41,843 nucleotides of DNA, taken from assembly GCA_902384455.1 (NCBI GenBank), contig CABMCB010000069.1, positions 1 through 41,843 of the forward strand. The letters are read 5' to 3'. This DNA comes from an uncultured archaeon (GTDB lineage: Archaea; Altiarchaeota; Altiarchaeia; IMC4; SCGC-AAA252-I15). Position numbers and translations under genes: made by a program. Below are positions 1 through 7,921 of this stretch, piece by piece (within the stretch, counting starts at the first letter, position 1; every line of letters starts with the position of its first letter). The notes beneath the pieces were generated by a model. The model was not told the DNA's origin. It did not search any database and saw only the letters and a program-made list of their open reading frames with translations.

Positions 1-197
1 ATAGGTGTTGCTCTAATCAGCACGATTGGATGGCCACACCCTGTCGTTGTCCAGATAAGGCCCAAGGAATCACGACACGGTGGAGTGTCGAAGGTTCAAT
101 CCGATAAATAAATAAAAAGTTATACCCAGTAGGTATAATACTTTGATGCACGATGGATATCAAAATTGATAACCTACATGCAACGAAACACATATGA

Positions 198-362
198 TTA
201 TTCGTTCAGACACTTGACCGCCGCATAGTACGCGGTTCTCTTGTGCCGGAGTGCACTTACGATGTGCTCGGCGTTATTCCATGTCCTGAAGTCATCTATC
301 AGGGCGTCAAGTTCTGCTATCCTTGCGTTCAACTTCACCTTTACTCTGTCTATCTTTCTCAT
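198..362 (-). CDS. Small hypothetical protein (54 aa)
   Basis: Start moved to the ATG at 362, which overlaps the stop of the MT-A70 gene (ATGA coupling). Confidence 0.65.
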   Translation of the reverse strand: MRKIDRVKVKLNARIAELDALIDDFRTWNNAEHIVSALRHKRTAYYAAVKCLNE

Positions 363-1018
363 TTCTTTCCCTCCGTCCTCGTCGGTAAAGGACAATCCTG
401 TCCCTCCACGTCGTTTCCGAGCGCGGTCCATCCGGGTCTGCGGTGCCTCGCGAACAGTTCACAATACGGCCCGTCGAGCAGGCGCTCGATGCGGTCGTAT
501 ATCTGGTCCGGCTTTCTCGAGTGCTCCCGGCGTTGAGCCATGATTATCGAGTGTACATCCTTGAACTTGCGCTTCGGCTTGCCCCTGGTCCCGAGCAGAC
601 ACATCTCGGCATTCTGGCGAGTCCAGTAGCCGCACCCCATCGATGCACCGGGCATGGTCTTGTTCATCTTGACCCATGTGAAGGCCACGGTCTTGAACTC
701 GAACCTCCAAGCCTTCATGACATCGAGACCCTGCTGTAGCATGGTGTTGATGACCCACAAGAACAGGACGCTGTCGTCGGTTGCCAGGTCTGCTACCGGC
801 AGGTCCTTGATGTCCTCCAACTCCATACACGGATAGTGCCTCGTGGCCGACTTCTCCGTGCCCTTGGGACTCCAGTTCTTGTAGTGCCAAGGTGGGTCCG
901 CCAACAAGACCCGAAAGCGCTCTTCCATCGAGTCACTTCCGCTTTCTCGACGGTGCATTTCGCGGCTTCTTACCGTGCCCGCTGTGATGTCTTGCCCCGT
1001 TCTTCGATATCCATTCAC
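359..1018 (-). CDS. MT-A70 family N6-adenine methyltransferase
   Basis: Motifs LADPPW, LFLW, FTWVK, GxGYWTRxNxE, REHSRKP, ELFAR. Start is either GTG 1018 (overlaps upstream stop) or ATG 928. Confidence 0.93.
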   Translation of the reverse strand: MNGYRRTGQDITAGTVRSREMHRRESGSDSMEERFRVLLADPPWHYKNWSPKGTEKSATRHYPCMELEDIKDLPVADLATDDSVLFLWVINTMLQQGLDVMKAWRFEFKTVAFTWVKMNKTMPGASMGCGYWTRQNAEMCLLGTRGKPKRKFKDVHSIIMAQRREHSRKPDQIYDRIERLLDGPYCELFARHRRPGWTALGNDVEGQDCPLPTRTEGKK

Positions 1019-1248
1019 CCTTTTGATTCTTGTCCCATCTCTTGCCCCTCATTTTTATCCCTCCGTTTTTCCATGTAATGTTGAAGTATCTTGACTGCGA
1101 GCGCTTCCGGACCGTCGTCGTAGTGATGTTTTATGACGGTCTTGTCGTCGAGTTGATATTCACACATCTCGTGCTTCTCACCTTTGATACGGACGCATCG
1201 AAACTTTCTAATGCTCGTGAAGTTGACCTGTAGGTCCACGATGAACAT
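1015..1248 (-). CDS. Hypothetical protein
   Basis: ORF fits the minus-strand operon, with a GGGAGGG RBS-like sequence upstream. Confidence 0.65.
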   Translation of the reverse strand: MFIVDLQVNFTSIRKFRCVRIKGEKHEMCEYQLDDKTVIKHHYDDGPEALAVKILQHYMEKRRDKNEGQEMGQESKG

Positions 1249-1303
1249 TACCAGTCCCTCCCGTATTGCTTCGATAACCTCACCTGTATCAGGATGGTGC
1301 CTC

Positions 1304-1768
1304 TCACTGGAACATCCCCTTGCTCTTGTCGCGGATGCCGAAGTCGGTCATGGTCCCGCCCACGGTCCTGACCTCCATCCACCCGGTGTCCTCGAGTATC
1401 TTTCCGTCATCGACGAAGATGTTGCGCGACTTACACCAGTCTTCGCTCTCGGTGTAAATTGTGATTGCAGTGTTTCTCTTCGGCGGGATACTCGGGTCCT
1501 TCGTGGACCTCATCTCGACCCACCCGAGGAACACGACCATGACCGCCGCCAGATGGTCCTTGGACTTTTTAACGACTTCTCGTATCATGTTACTAATTAT
1601 CTCGGTATGTGGCATCATCGCCTGAAATATCACGACCTCGGGCACCCCCTTTTTTGTCAGGAGCGTCACGTGAGCCGGGACCATCTTGGTCAGCGCGTAT
1701 TTCTCTTTGATGAGGTCGACTCCCTTGTCGAGTATCGTTTCGATAGTTTTATTATCCACGGCCATCAC
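1304..1768 (-). CDS. Hypothetical protein (154 aa)
   Basis: Protein-like composition; fits the operon. Confidence 0.75.
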   Translation of the reverse strand: MMAVDNKTIETILDKGVDLIKEKYALTKMVPAHVTLLTKKGVPEVVIFQAMMPHTEIISNMIREVVKKSKDHLAAVMVVFLGWVEMRSTKDPSIPPKRNTAITIYTESEDWCKSRNIFVDDGKILEDTGWMEVRTVGGTMTDFGIRDKSKGMFQ

Positions 1769-1775
1769 CTATACG

Positions 1776-1860
1776 CAGGGCACCCGGAAAGGAGGCAGTC
1801 CGAACCGGGCGCCCTGGCCCAATCGTGGGCGTTCATCCTTGTGCAGGATTTGAACCTGCG
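1776..1860 (-). ncRNA. Candidate structured RNA: tRNA T-arm-like hairpin plus a 12-bp hairpin with an anti-RBS loop
   Basis: Minus strand reads GCAGG-TTCAAAT-CCTGC (~1843-1859). Stem 1776-1787/1805-1816 has one mismatch, which is a G-U pair only on the minus strand. Confidence 0.4.
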
Positions 1861-1898
1861 TCATATGTACTTGCTAACTCTTAATGCTTTCGGTGAGA

Positions 1899-2366
1899 TT
1901 ATTCTGGCACCACTGTCATACCGACGAACCCCGGTGACTGCGGCAATTCCACCATGTAGGTCACGCGGACCGAGAATATTCGTCCCGTGTATTGTTCCGT
2001 CGTGGGGTCCCATTCCGCCAGTTGAAGAATGTCGCCTACCTTGTAGCCTCGGTCGTTCTTGCGAACCTCCCAGGTCTTAAAGCGTTCTTTCACCGCTTTG
2101 AAATACTCGGGCCAGCACTTCAGGTTGTGTATATTCGCGTTTTTAGTTTTCAAAGAATCCAGGTATCCGGGTTGTGTTCCGACGAGCCATCCGATGAGCG
2201 CGTCTTGTCGCTCGACCTCGTCGAGCAGTTCGGTCGCAATCTGACCGAGTTCACCTTTTGATGGACTCTGGCTCCTGAAGTTCTTGCGTAGGTCCATCCT
2301 TCCCCTGCATCTGCGAAGCAAACGACTTATCTCCGCCCTGCGCTCCGATGTCATTTTGTCGTCCAT
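1899..2366 (-). CDS. ASCH/PUA-like (DUF3850-type) domain protein
   Basis: C-terminal HNLKCWPEYFKAV..KTWEVRKNDRGYKVGDILQLAEW signature. Start ATG 2366 or 2354. Confidence 0.85.
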   Translation of the reverse strand: MDDKMTSERRAEISRLLRRCRGRMDLRKNFRSQSPSKGELGQIATELLDEVERQDALIGWLVGTQPGYLDSLKTKNANIHNLKCWPEYFKAVKERFKTWEVRKNDRGYKVGDILQLAEWDPTTEQYTGRIFSVRVTYMVELPQSPGFVGMTVVPE

Positions 2367-2911
2367 GTGCTTCCCTCGATTTCGCTTATCAGTTTCTTGA
2401 CCTCTTCGGACTCCAAGATTCTCACGGCCCCGCCCGATGGTCCCCATCTCGTGTCGAGTGTGAAGATGCCCCGCAGGACCGGATATCCCTGCTGATAGTC
2501 TTCCATTATCCCGAAGTGCTTTCTGTCGATGGCCGTCTTCATGACGAACTGGCGGTCGAAGGCCACTCCGAAGTATTCGGTCCCGACTGGGTTCCAGGTC
2601 GGGTCTATGACGTTGCCCTGCTCATCTACGAGCCATGCGTGTTGAAACGGTATCGGGAGCATGGCGTCTGTCGATATCGCGAACCCCTCAACATAGGACC
2701 ACTCCGGGTGCTTCATGAACACCTTGAAAGCGTTCTGGAAGCACTTGCCCAGGGGCAATCTACTGACGCTGAAGGGCCGTTCTTTGGGCACGAAGGACTT
2801 GCCGTTCTGTAGCACGAAGTCTTCGAGACCGTAGTACACGAAGTCTGTCGGCTTCGACTTGGTCTTGTACAACTTGACCACGGCTTTGAGATATTCTTTG
2901 ACAATAGTCAT
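2351..2911 (-). CDS. Papain/transglutaminase-like fold protein (Cys-His-Asp)
   Basis: GKCFQNA ... YVEGFA ... HAWLVD ... VIDPT. ATG 2911 overlaps the upstream stop. Confidence 0.7.
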   Translation of the reverse strand: MTIVKEYLKAVVKLYKTKSKPTDFVYYGLEDFVLQNGKSFVPKERPFSVSRLPLGKCFQNAFKVFMKHPEWSYVEGFAISTDAMLPIPFQHAWLVDEQGNVIDPTWNPVGTEYFGVAFDRQFVMKTAIDRKHFGIMEDYQQGYPVLRGIFTLDTRWGPSGGAVRILESEEVKKLISEIEGSTWTTK

Positions 2912-3576
2912 ATTTTTTCCTCCTTGAGGTGATATGGTGGTGGACCCTTGTATGAGCACTCTTTCACCTCGACGCCGAGCGCTTTCATCCGGGTCTTGAG
3001 TTCTTCGATTTCTTTGTAGAGACCGTTCAGTAAATCCGAGAATGCCTGGTTATAATGGTTGTTATATACTTTGGTCCATGATTCTACGAACCTGTTTCCG
3101 TAGTCTATGACGGTCTGGTCTGAATGAACGTATCGATTGTCCTCTTCTCGATATACTCGTGATATGGTCACGTCCGAATCCCATAAGTATTCTGGAAAGT
3201 TGTTCCAGTCGTGTGTATCTATAAAGGTATGAAACGATGTTATATATCGTTCCATCGCTATCATGTGCTTCGGAGATGGCGCGGCGTTCTTGAAATCAAA
3301 AAATCTCGACATTCCTGCAAAACTGTGAAACCAACCCGTGATGTCTTTCGGAACATTTTTATAATCGAGACGATTATTTGTGGGTCCCGTCGCCGGTCCG
3401 GCGTACATGTCGTATAGTGTTTCTACGACCATCTCGCCGAGTTTGTAGCAAAGTTTCCAGTATTTCCAGCACGAACCTTCTCGGTTGATACGGAACGGGT
3501 GCGTCTTTATTTGTTCATGAAGGTCTCCGAGTTCCTTCCAACGCTCTTCAGGAACATAATAAATTCTCGGTTTCAA
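2908..3576 (-). CDS. Hypothetical protein (222 aa, AT-richer than neighbours)
   Basis: Long ORF, TTG start with a GAGGAGGCA leader. Confidence 0.75.
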   Translation of the reverse strand: MKPRIYYVPEERWKELGDLHEQIKTHPFRINREGSCWKYWKLCYKLGEMVVETLYDMYAGPATGPTNNRLDYKNVPKDITGWFHSFAGMSRFFDFKNAAPSPKHMIAMERYITSFHTFIDTHDWNNFPEYLWDSDVTISRVYREEDNRYVHSDQTVIDYGNRFVESWTKVYNNHYNQAFSDLLNGLYKEIEELKTRMKALGVEVKECSYKGPPPYHLKEEKI

Positions 3577-3591
3577 GTTTATGCCTCCTCG

Positions 3592-3735
3592 TCATAGTTT
3601 ATATTTCATCGGTGGGTTTCCATAGAAGGTGTCGAAGTATACGCGCACTCTATAGCGGCCCTCGTATATTCGCAACCTATCTATGAGGTGGGCACCCTTC
3701 TCGGGAGTCCATCCTACACACCAGTCGTACTGCAT
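3592..3735 (-). CDS. Small hypothetical protein (47 aa, MQYDWCVGW...), not in the ORF track
   Basis: Translated by hand; fills the intergenic gap; GAGGTGA RBS. Confidence 0.55.
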   Translation of the reverse strand: MQYDWCVGWTPEKGAHLIDRLRIYEGRYRVRVYFDTFYGNPPMKYKL

Positions 3736-3738
3736 CGC

Positions 3739-4416
3739 TCACCTCGACGGCTCGATTTCTGCGGGCTTGCCCATCAGCGTGACCCTCATGCGGTCACCGT
3801 AAGTCGCCGGAGTGATTATGACCTCGCTCCTCTTGGCCATGACCACCTTCTCTCGTCCAGGCTCGGAGACCTTCGTATATTTCTCCGACTTATCGGTCTT
3901 GGCATAGATGCCACCGACCTTGGCGACGATGTCGATGATGGTCCATCCGTCGGGCCTGTAGTTGTTGCGGTGATGGTCGCCGAGTTTCAGGCCGCGGTTG
4001 TGATATCCGTGATGTCCAGTCAGGGTGCTCGTAAAGACCTCGACGATTATCCATCCGTCCCTCTGAAGTCCAAGGACCTTGATGTGGTCGAGCATTCTCC
4101 GTTCGTCGCTGTCGAAACACTCTATTATGTTTGCCCTCCGACCAGCGGCTCTCACCACTTCGTCGTGCGGCTTCTCGAGTTCATCGCGCTTTGCATCAAA
4201 GTCTTCGAGGGCGTCCTCGATTTCCTTTTGCATCTTTTCCAGCGACTTCCTCGCCTCATTCCTTTCCATTCGAAGCACGTCGAGTGCTCCCTCGGCGCCG
4301 AGCACGTCCATCTTTCTTTGCTCATCCTCGCGCCGCGTGGCGTCCCGGCTCGTCCGGATGCTGTTCAACTTGGATACCGCTTTTGTTACTTCTTTTTCTA
4401 ACTCCCCGTGTTCCAT
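3739..4416 (-). CDS. Hypothetical protein with N-terminal coiled coil
   Basis: Start moved to MEHGELEK (AAGGGGGCAGG leader); E/K/R-rich heptads. Confidence 0.75.
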   Translation of the reverse strand: MEHGELEKEVTKAVSKLNSIRTSRDATRREDEQRKMDVLGAEGALDVLRMERNEARKSLEKMQKEIEDALEDFDAKRDELEKPHDEVVRAAGRRANIIECFDSDERRMLDHIKVLGLQRDGWIIVEVFTSTLTGHHGYHNRGLKLGDHHRNNYRPDGWTIIDIVAKVGGIYAKTDKSEKYTKVSEPGREKVVMAKRSEVIITPATYGDRMRVTLMGKPAEIEPSR

Positions 4417-4429
4417 ATGTCCTGCCCCC

Positions 4430-4765
4430 TTAATTCTTGAAGTCCTTATCCAATTCCCTCGCGATGTCTGACGCGAACTTGAGCATGACGCTGTAGTGCT
4501 CAGCGGTCTTCGGGTCCTGGTCACCCATCGCGGACCAGTTAACGGTCGCAGGCTCCCACGGAACCGCCTTCTTCCCCGCGCCAAACCCGAGACCTTCCTT
4601 GCATTTCTTCACTGTGACCTGGACTTGGTGGTCTCGAACCTTACCCTTGTTGTCCACGTAGTGAAGAACTGACGATACTGTGAAATACACATCGTGGTCC
4701 GATATGTTCCTGGCGGTCATCGTTATCTTCCCATCTGGTCCATCAAACTCGTGTTGTGTCTGCAT
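4430..4765 (-). CDS. Hypothetical protein (111 aa)
   Basis: AAGGAGGCAG leader; fits the operon. Confidence 0.75.
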   Translation of the reverse strand: MQTQHEFDGPDGKITMTARNISDHDVYFTVSSVLHYVDNKGKVRDHQVQVTVKKCKEGLGFGAGKKAVPWEPATVNWSAMGDQDPKTAEHYSVMLKFASDIARELDKDFKN

Positions 4766-4839
4766 GTTTCTGCCTCCTTACCGGCCCCACAGGGGCCATA
4801 TAGGCCCCTCACGGACTTCAACCGTGAGGGGTGACCGGT

Positions 4840-5673
4840 CTATTCGAGAGGATTGTAGTAGTTGGACATTTCAGCGAGTCTCGCGTTCTCCTCGCGTATG
4901 AAATCCTCAATGCTCTTTTTGACCTTCGGGTCCTCAGTCTTCGTGGCCTCTTCCTTCTTTTTCTCGATGTCCGCGGAGACCTCGGCCTTATGGTCTTCAA
5001 ACTTCTTCTTGACCATGCCAGAGTCCGCCTTCGAGACTACGAGCGCCCACATCTCGGAACCGATGCTCCGGAGGAAGTCCGCATATCGGTCGACTTCGCC
5101 TGCGAAGTCCTTGGGAACGAAGTACACCCCGCCTGTCGGCCTGAGCAGTAACGAGTGCCATTTCTTCAACTTGCGCTGAAGAGCGGTCCTGACATCCACG
5201 TCGTTGTGAACCTTCATCAGGGTCTCATATCGGGTTTTCACATCACCGACAATAGAATCCCACTCCTCGTCGTTTGTGTCGTATTTCTTGCCCGAGACCG
5301 TGCCATCGACGTCGTATGTGAGGACGCCCACATCATCGAAAGCGAAGGGCTTCTCGTCGCCCTTTTTGTATCGCTCCCTGACGACGTGCCTAACCGCCGG
5401 TCGGCCTTCCTCATACCTGACCATATATTTCGTGACCGTGTTGGTCGCGTCGTCGACCCGAATGCGCTGGTCGATAATCCGCGTGGCGACCTTGAAGCAG
5501 TCTGGCGCCCTCGGAGCGTTCAAGAACTCGCTCTCTGGGAGGCCCGCCTCTGTCCACTTCTTCAGAAGAGTCTCTCTGTCCAGTTCAAAAGAGCGGACCG
5601 AGAACCAGGATATCCTTCCGATGCCCTCGGCCTTCCCGTCAACCTTTACTTCACCGATTGGTAGTTCGACCAT
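4840..5673 (-). CDS. Hypothetical mobile-element protein, DUF6744-like
   Basis: GxISWFSV...L..AGLP...P...DCFKVA and LRPTGGVYFVP patterns recalled for this family; AAGGAGGCAGG leader. Confidence 0.6.
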   Translation of the reverse strand: MVELPIGEVKVDGKAEGIGRISWFSVRSFELDRETLLKKWTEAGLPESEFLNAPRAPDCFKVATRIIDQRIRVDDATNTVTKYMVRYEEGRPAVRHVVRERYKKGDEKPFAFDDVGVLTYDVDGTVSGKKYDTNDEEWDSIVGDVKTRYETLMKVHNDVDVRTALQRKLKKWHSLLLRPTGGVYFVPKDFAGEVDRYADFLRSIGSEMWALVVSKADSGMVKKKFEDHKAEVSADIEKKKEEATKTEDPKVKKSIEDFIREENARLAEMSNYYNPLE

Positions 5674-5705
5674 CTTTCCTGCCTCCTTATATTATCAATC
5701 TATCA

Positions 5706-5882
5706 TTATATCTTATTCTTGCGATTCTCGGAGACACCGACCCTCGTTACTGGTTTGTCCCAGTATGGGGAGTTGCACGACGGACAGTGAACAGGTATCG
5801 TGCCCGGTTTTCTCGGCCACCACTTGTGACCACACCGCAGACATTGGAGCATCGTCGCAATCACCCGCTCACCCATCGACAT
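5706..5882 (-). CDS. Zn-ribbon protein (58 aa), not in the ORF track
   Basis: MSMGERVIATMLQCLRCGHKWWPRKPGTIPVHCPSCNSPYWDK: two CxxC pairs; GGAGGCA leader; first gene after the leftward promoter. Confidence 0.85.
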   Translation of the reverse strand: MSMGERVIATMLQCLRCGHKWWPRKPGTIPVHCPSCNSPYWDKPVTRVGVSENRKNKI

Positions 5883-5914
5883 TCGTTGCCTCCATCATCC
5901 TATATGTAGTTGCC

Positions 5915-6049
5915 CCTATATATAGGTTGTGTCGGGTATATATACCTCGAATGCACAGAAATGTGCATCGAGACCGAATTACCAGAAACCGCTCAATGCA
6001 CAAAAATATACATCGGAGGTTTATATACTGGGAGAAACCTATATATAGG
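5915..6049. promoter_or_regulatory. Symmetric divergent archaeal promoter pair with palindromic operators
   Basis: 54-bp imperfect inverted repeat (5915-5968 / 5996-6049, 39/54 matches). Each arm has a TATA-like box (TTTATATA at 6020-6027) and the palindrome CCTATATATAGG. Confidence 0.8.
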
Positions 6050-6099
6050 TCGAGTGATATATACATAGTTGCCAGCAATGGCACAAGGAGGCAGGTAAC

Positions 6100-6729
6100 A
6101 TGGTCACGCAGAAAGAAGTATTAGGAAAGATAGAGAAAGAGATAAAAGAGACTGTAGAGAAGGTCGCACAGGCACAGACCGCCTTCGACCGCGACTTCGG
6201 CGGCATCCAGGAACAGGTCGACCGGGTCGATGCTGAAATCGTCCGCCAGCGCAATTTAGCCAAGCAGATTCGAATCGAGACCGCCAACGCCATCTCGAAC
6301 AATGCCAGCGCCTACGAGCGTGGAGAAACCCACCACGTGTCTCGTGAAGTCTTGGTCACTTTCAACCAAGCAGTTGCCCTAAACGGATGGAAACTCCAGG
6401 GGCACGAGGTCTACAACATAATCCACGGAAGATACCGAGATGTCTGCAACCAAAGGACCGCCGGGATAACCAAAATCGTCGACGCACTCTACGAGCAGAG
6501 GAGCGCCTTGACCACCAAGGAATACGACCAAGCCGTCGGCAACCTAAATTCGCTCAAGAGCGAACTCCGATATATCCAACAGAGATACGACCGCCTGAGC
6601 GACCTGAGCGAATTCCGCCAGTGGGCAAAAAACCACAAGGCCCGCGAAGAAACCGATGCAAGACACGCGCTCTTCGCCAAGGGTCGCGAGAAAGCGAGCG
6701 AGTGGGCCAAGAACAATATCCTGGTGTAG
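6100..6729 (+). CDS. Alpha-helical/coiled-coil hypothetical protein (209 aa)
   Basis: AAGGAGGCAGG leader; first gene after the rightward promoter. Confidence 0.85.
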   Translation: MVTQKEVLGKIEKEIKETVEKVAQAQTAFDRDFGGIQEQVDRVDAEIVRQRNLAKQIRIETANAISNNASAYERGETHHVSREVLVTFNQAVALNGWKLQGHEVYNIIHGRYRDVCNQRTAGITKIVDALYEQRSALTTKEYDQAVGNLNSLKSELRYIQQRYDRLSDLSEFRQWAKNHKAREETDARHALFAKGREKASEWAKNNILV

Positions 6730-6735
6730 ACCAGG

Positions 6736-6785
6736 TGGTCCGTGTCAGGTCTCTCTAACGGGGGTCCGACTCCCCCCACGGACTA
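6736..6785 (+). ncRNA. tRNA-like minihelix (acceptor-like stem plus T-arm, no D or anticodon arm)
   Basis: TGGTCCGTG (6736-6744) pairs with CACGGACTA (6777-6785), directly abutting GGGGG-TCCGACT-CCCCC (6760-6776). Confidence 0.45.
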
Positions 6786-6800
6786 TAAGGAGGTCTGAAA

Positions 6801-6926
6801 ATGCCAAACCAAGAAAGGTGTGATAGGTGTCCGCATAAGGGCACTTGTCAGAAACATTGTCGGACCTGCAATGTCGACACCTGTATGCACGACAACTGTC
6901 CAGTCGACTGCGGGACCGCCAGGTAG
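6801..6926 (+). CDS. Cys-rich microprotein (41 aa, 8 Cys, 3 His), not in the ORF track
   Basis: MPNQERCDRCPHKGTCQKHCRTCNVDTCMHDNCPVDCGTAR; AAGGAGG RBS. Confidence 0.7.
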   Translation: MPNQERCDRCPHKGTCQKHCRTCNVDTCMHDNCPVDCGTAR

Positions 6927-7123
6927 CGCCTCGTGATAACACGAGTGTCGCCTACGAGCCGAAGGCATAGACCTACTGAAAGTCCGACCACAGACAGGAA
7001 ATCCGCGCACCCGACGCACTACAATATCGGTATGGCCAGAAAGTGTGTCCGATGAGGGACGGCAACCCAATTCCCCGTCCCACGGACCTGTGATGTGTGG
7101 TCGAACATAAAGGAGGCAGGAAA

Positions 7124-7534
7124 ATGACAACAAAAGCAGAATGGAAAGACATCGAAAGCATCTTGGGATGCGAAGTGCCGACCATCGTGAAAGAAAGGAG
7201 CGTAGGCTACACGGGCTTTGCTCAGAAGTTCTTCAGTGGCATACCGGTCACTCGAAAGGACTTCTGGAAAGCCGTTGATGGCGGAATGATAAACATCCCA
7301 GACGATGCTCCCTGGGGCAAGGTCAAAGCGAGCGCCTACGAGTCCTTCACGAAGAAATGGCACTTCACCGAGGACCACTACGGCTACCGCCACGACCAAC
7401 CGAAGCGCATCATCGTTCACAAAGACGGAACCACCGAGCACTCGATAAACTGCTTGGGATGTTGCTCCACGAACACCGAGACCATCACCAAGAACTGCGA
7501 GGAGCCGGAGTGTCATTTCTGCAAGAGAGCGTAG
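7124..7534 (+). CDS. Hypothetical protein with Cys-rich C-terminus
   Basis: AAAGGAGGCAGG leader before ATG 7124; CLGCC...C..C..C tail. Confidence 0.8.
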   Translation: MTTKAEWKDIESILGCEVPTIVKERSVGYTGFAQKFFSGIPVTRKDFWKAVDGGMINIPDDAPWGKVKASAYESFTKKWHFTEDHYGYRHDQPKRIIVHKDGTTEHSINCLGCCSTNTETITKNCEEPECHFCKRA

Positions 7535-7557
7535 ACCCACCGATAGGAGACGATAAC

Positions 7558-7695
7558 ATGCACCCAAAGAACAAGCACTGTTTCGGGAAGAAATACTCCA
7601 GACTGGTCAGGTGCGGCGTCAAGTGCCCCGACTGGTGGGAATGCGGACTGACATCTCGAAAGACCGCAACACGCCTCGGCAAGGTGGTGGTCTGA
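7558..7695 (+). CDS. Small Cys-rich basic protein (45 aa)
   Basis: MHPKNKHCFGKKY...CGVKCPDWWECG; AGGAG RBS. Confidence 0.65.
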   Translation: MHPKNKHCFGKKYSRLVRCGVKCPDWWECGLTSRKTATRLGKVVV

Positions 7696-7880
7696 TGATT
7701 TGTCCAGCGACCAAGAAGAACATCTCACCCGAGTATGAGCCTCGATATTGCTCTCATACACCTACGTTCTGCGCCTGTTGCGACATGAAAGACATCGTGA
7801 CCGGCGACCCCTTATCGCCACCAGACCCTCTATCCCCGCGGGACCCGTTAAATCCACCAGACCCGCTCAACTCACGCTAA
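7695..7880 (+). CDS. Small Cys-rich protein with DPL(S/N)Px repeats (61 aa)
   Basis: TGATG coupling to the previous gene; C-terminal DPLSPP-DPLSPR-DPLNPP-DPLNSR. Confidence 0.65.
   Translation: MICPATKKNISPEYEPRYCSHTPTFCACCDMKDIVTGDPLSPPDPLSPRDPLNPPDPLNSR
7806..7877 (+). repeat. 4 x 18-bp degenerate coding tandem repeat
   Basis: GACCCN-led 18-mers; much of the variation is synonymous. Confidence 0.75.
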
Positions 7881-7894
7881 ACAATGCCTCCTCG

Positions 7895-7921
7895 GGGTGC
7901 CCGAAAACGGGCACCCTTTTT
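7895..7921 (+). terminator. Hairpin plus T-tract terminator of the plus-strand cassette
   Basis: GGGTGCCCG-AAAA-CGGGCACCC-TTTTT between convergent genes. Confidence 0.8.

Noticed and set aside
1-111. 3' end of a plus-strand gene entering the window
   Set aside because: Frame 1 is open to TAA at 109-111, but 36 codons with no motif is too little to support a call
1800-1900. Complete tRNA gene
   Set aside because: Only a T-arm is present; no acceptor stem, D arm or anticodon arm could be built
1184-5664. Long plus-strand ORFs (e.g. 1184-2080, 3688-4401, 5155-5664)
   Set aside because: Antisense to coupled minus-strand genes that have RBSs and recognisable motifs
7806-7877. Mini CRISPR array or iterons
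   Set aside because: Contiguous 18-bp units with no spacers; variation preserves a peptide repeat
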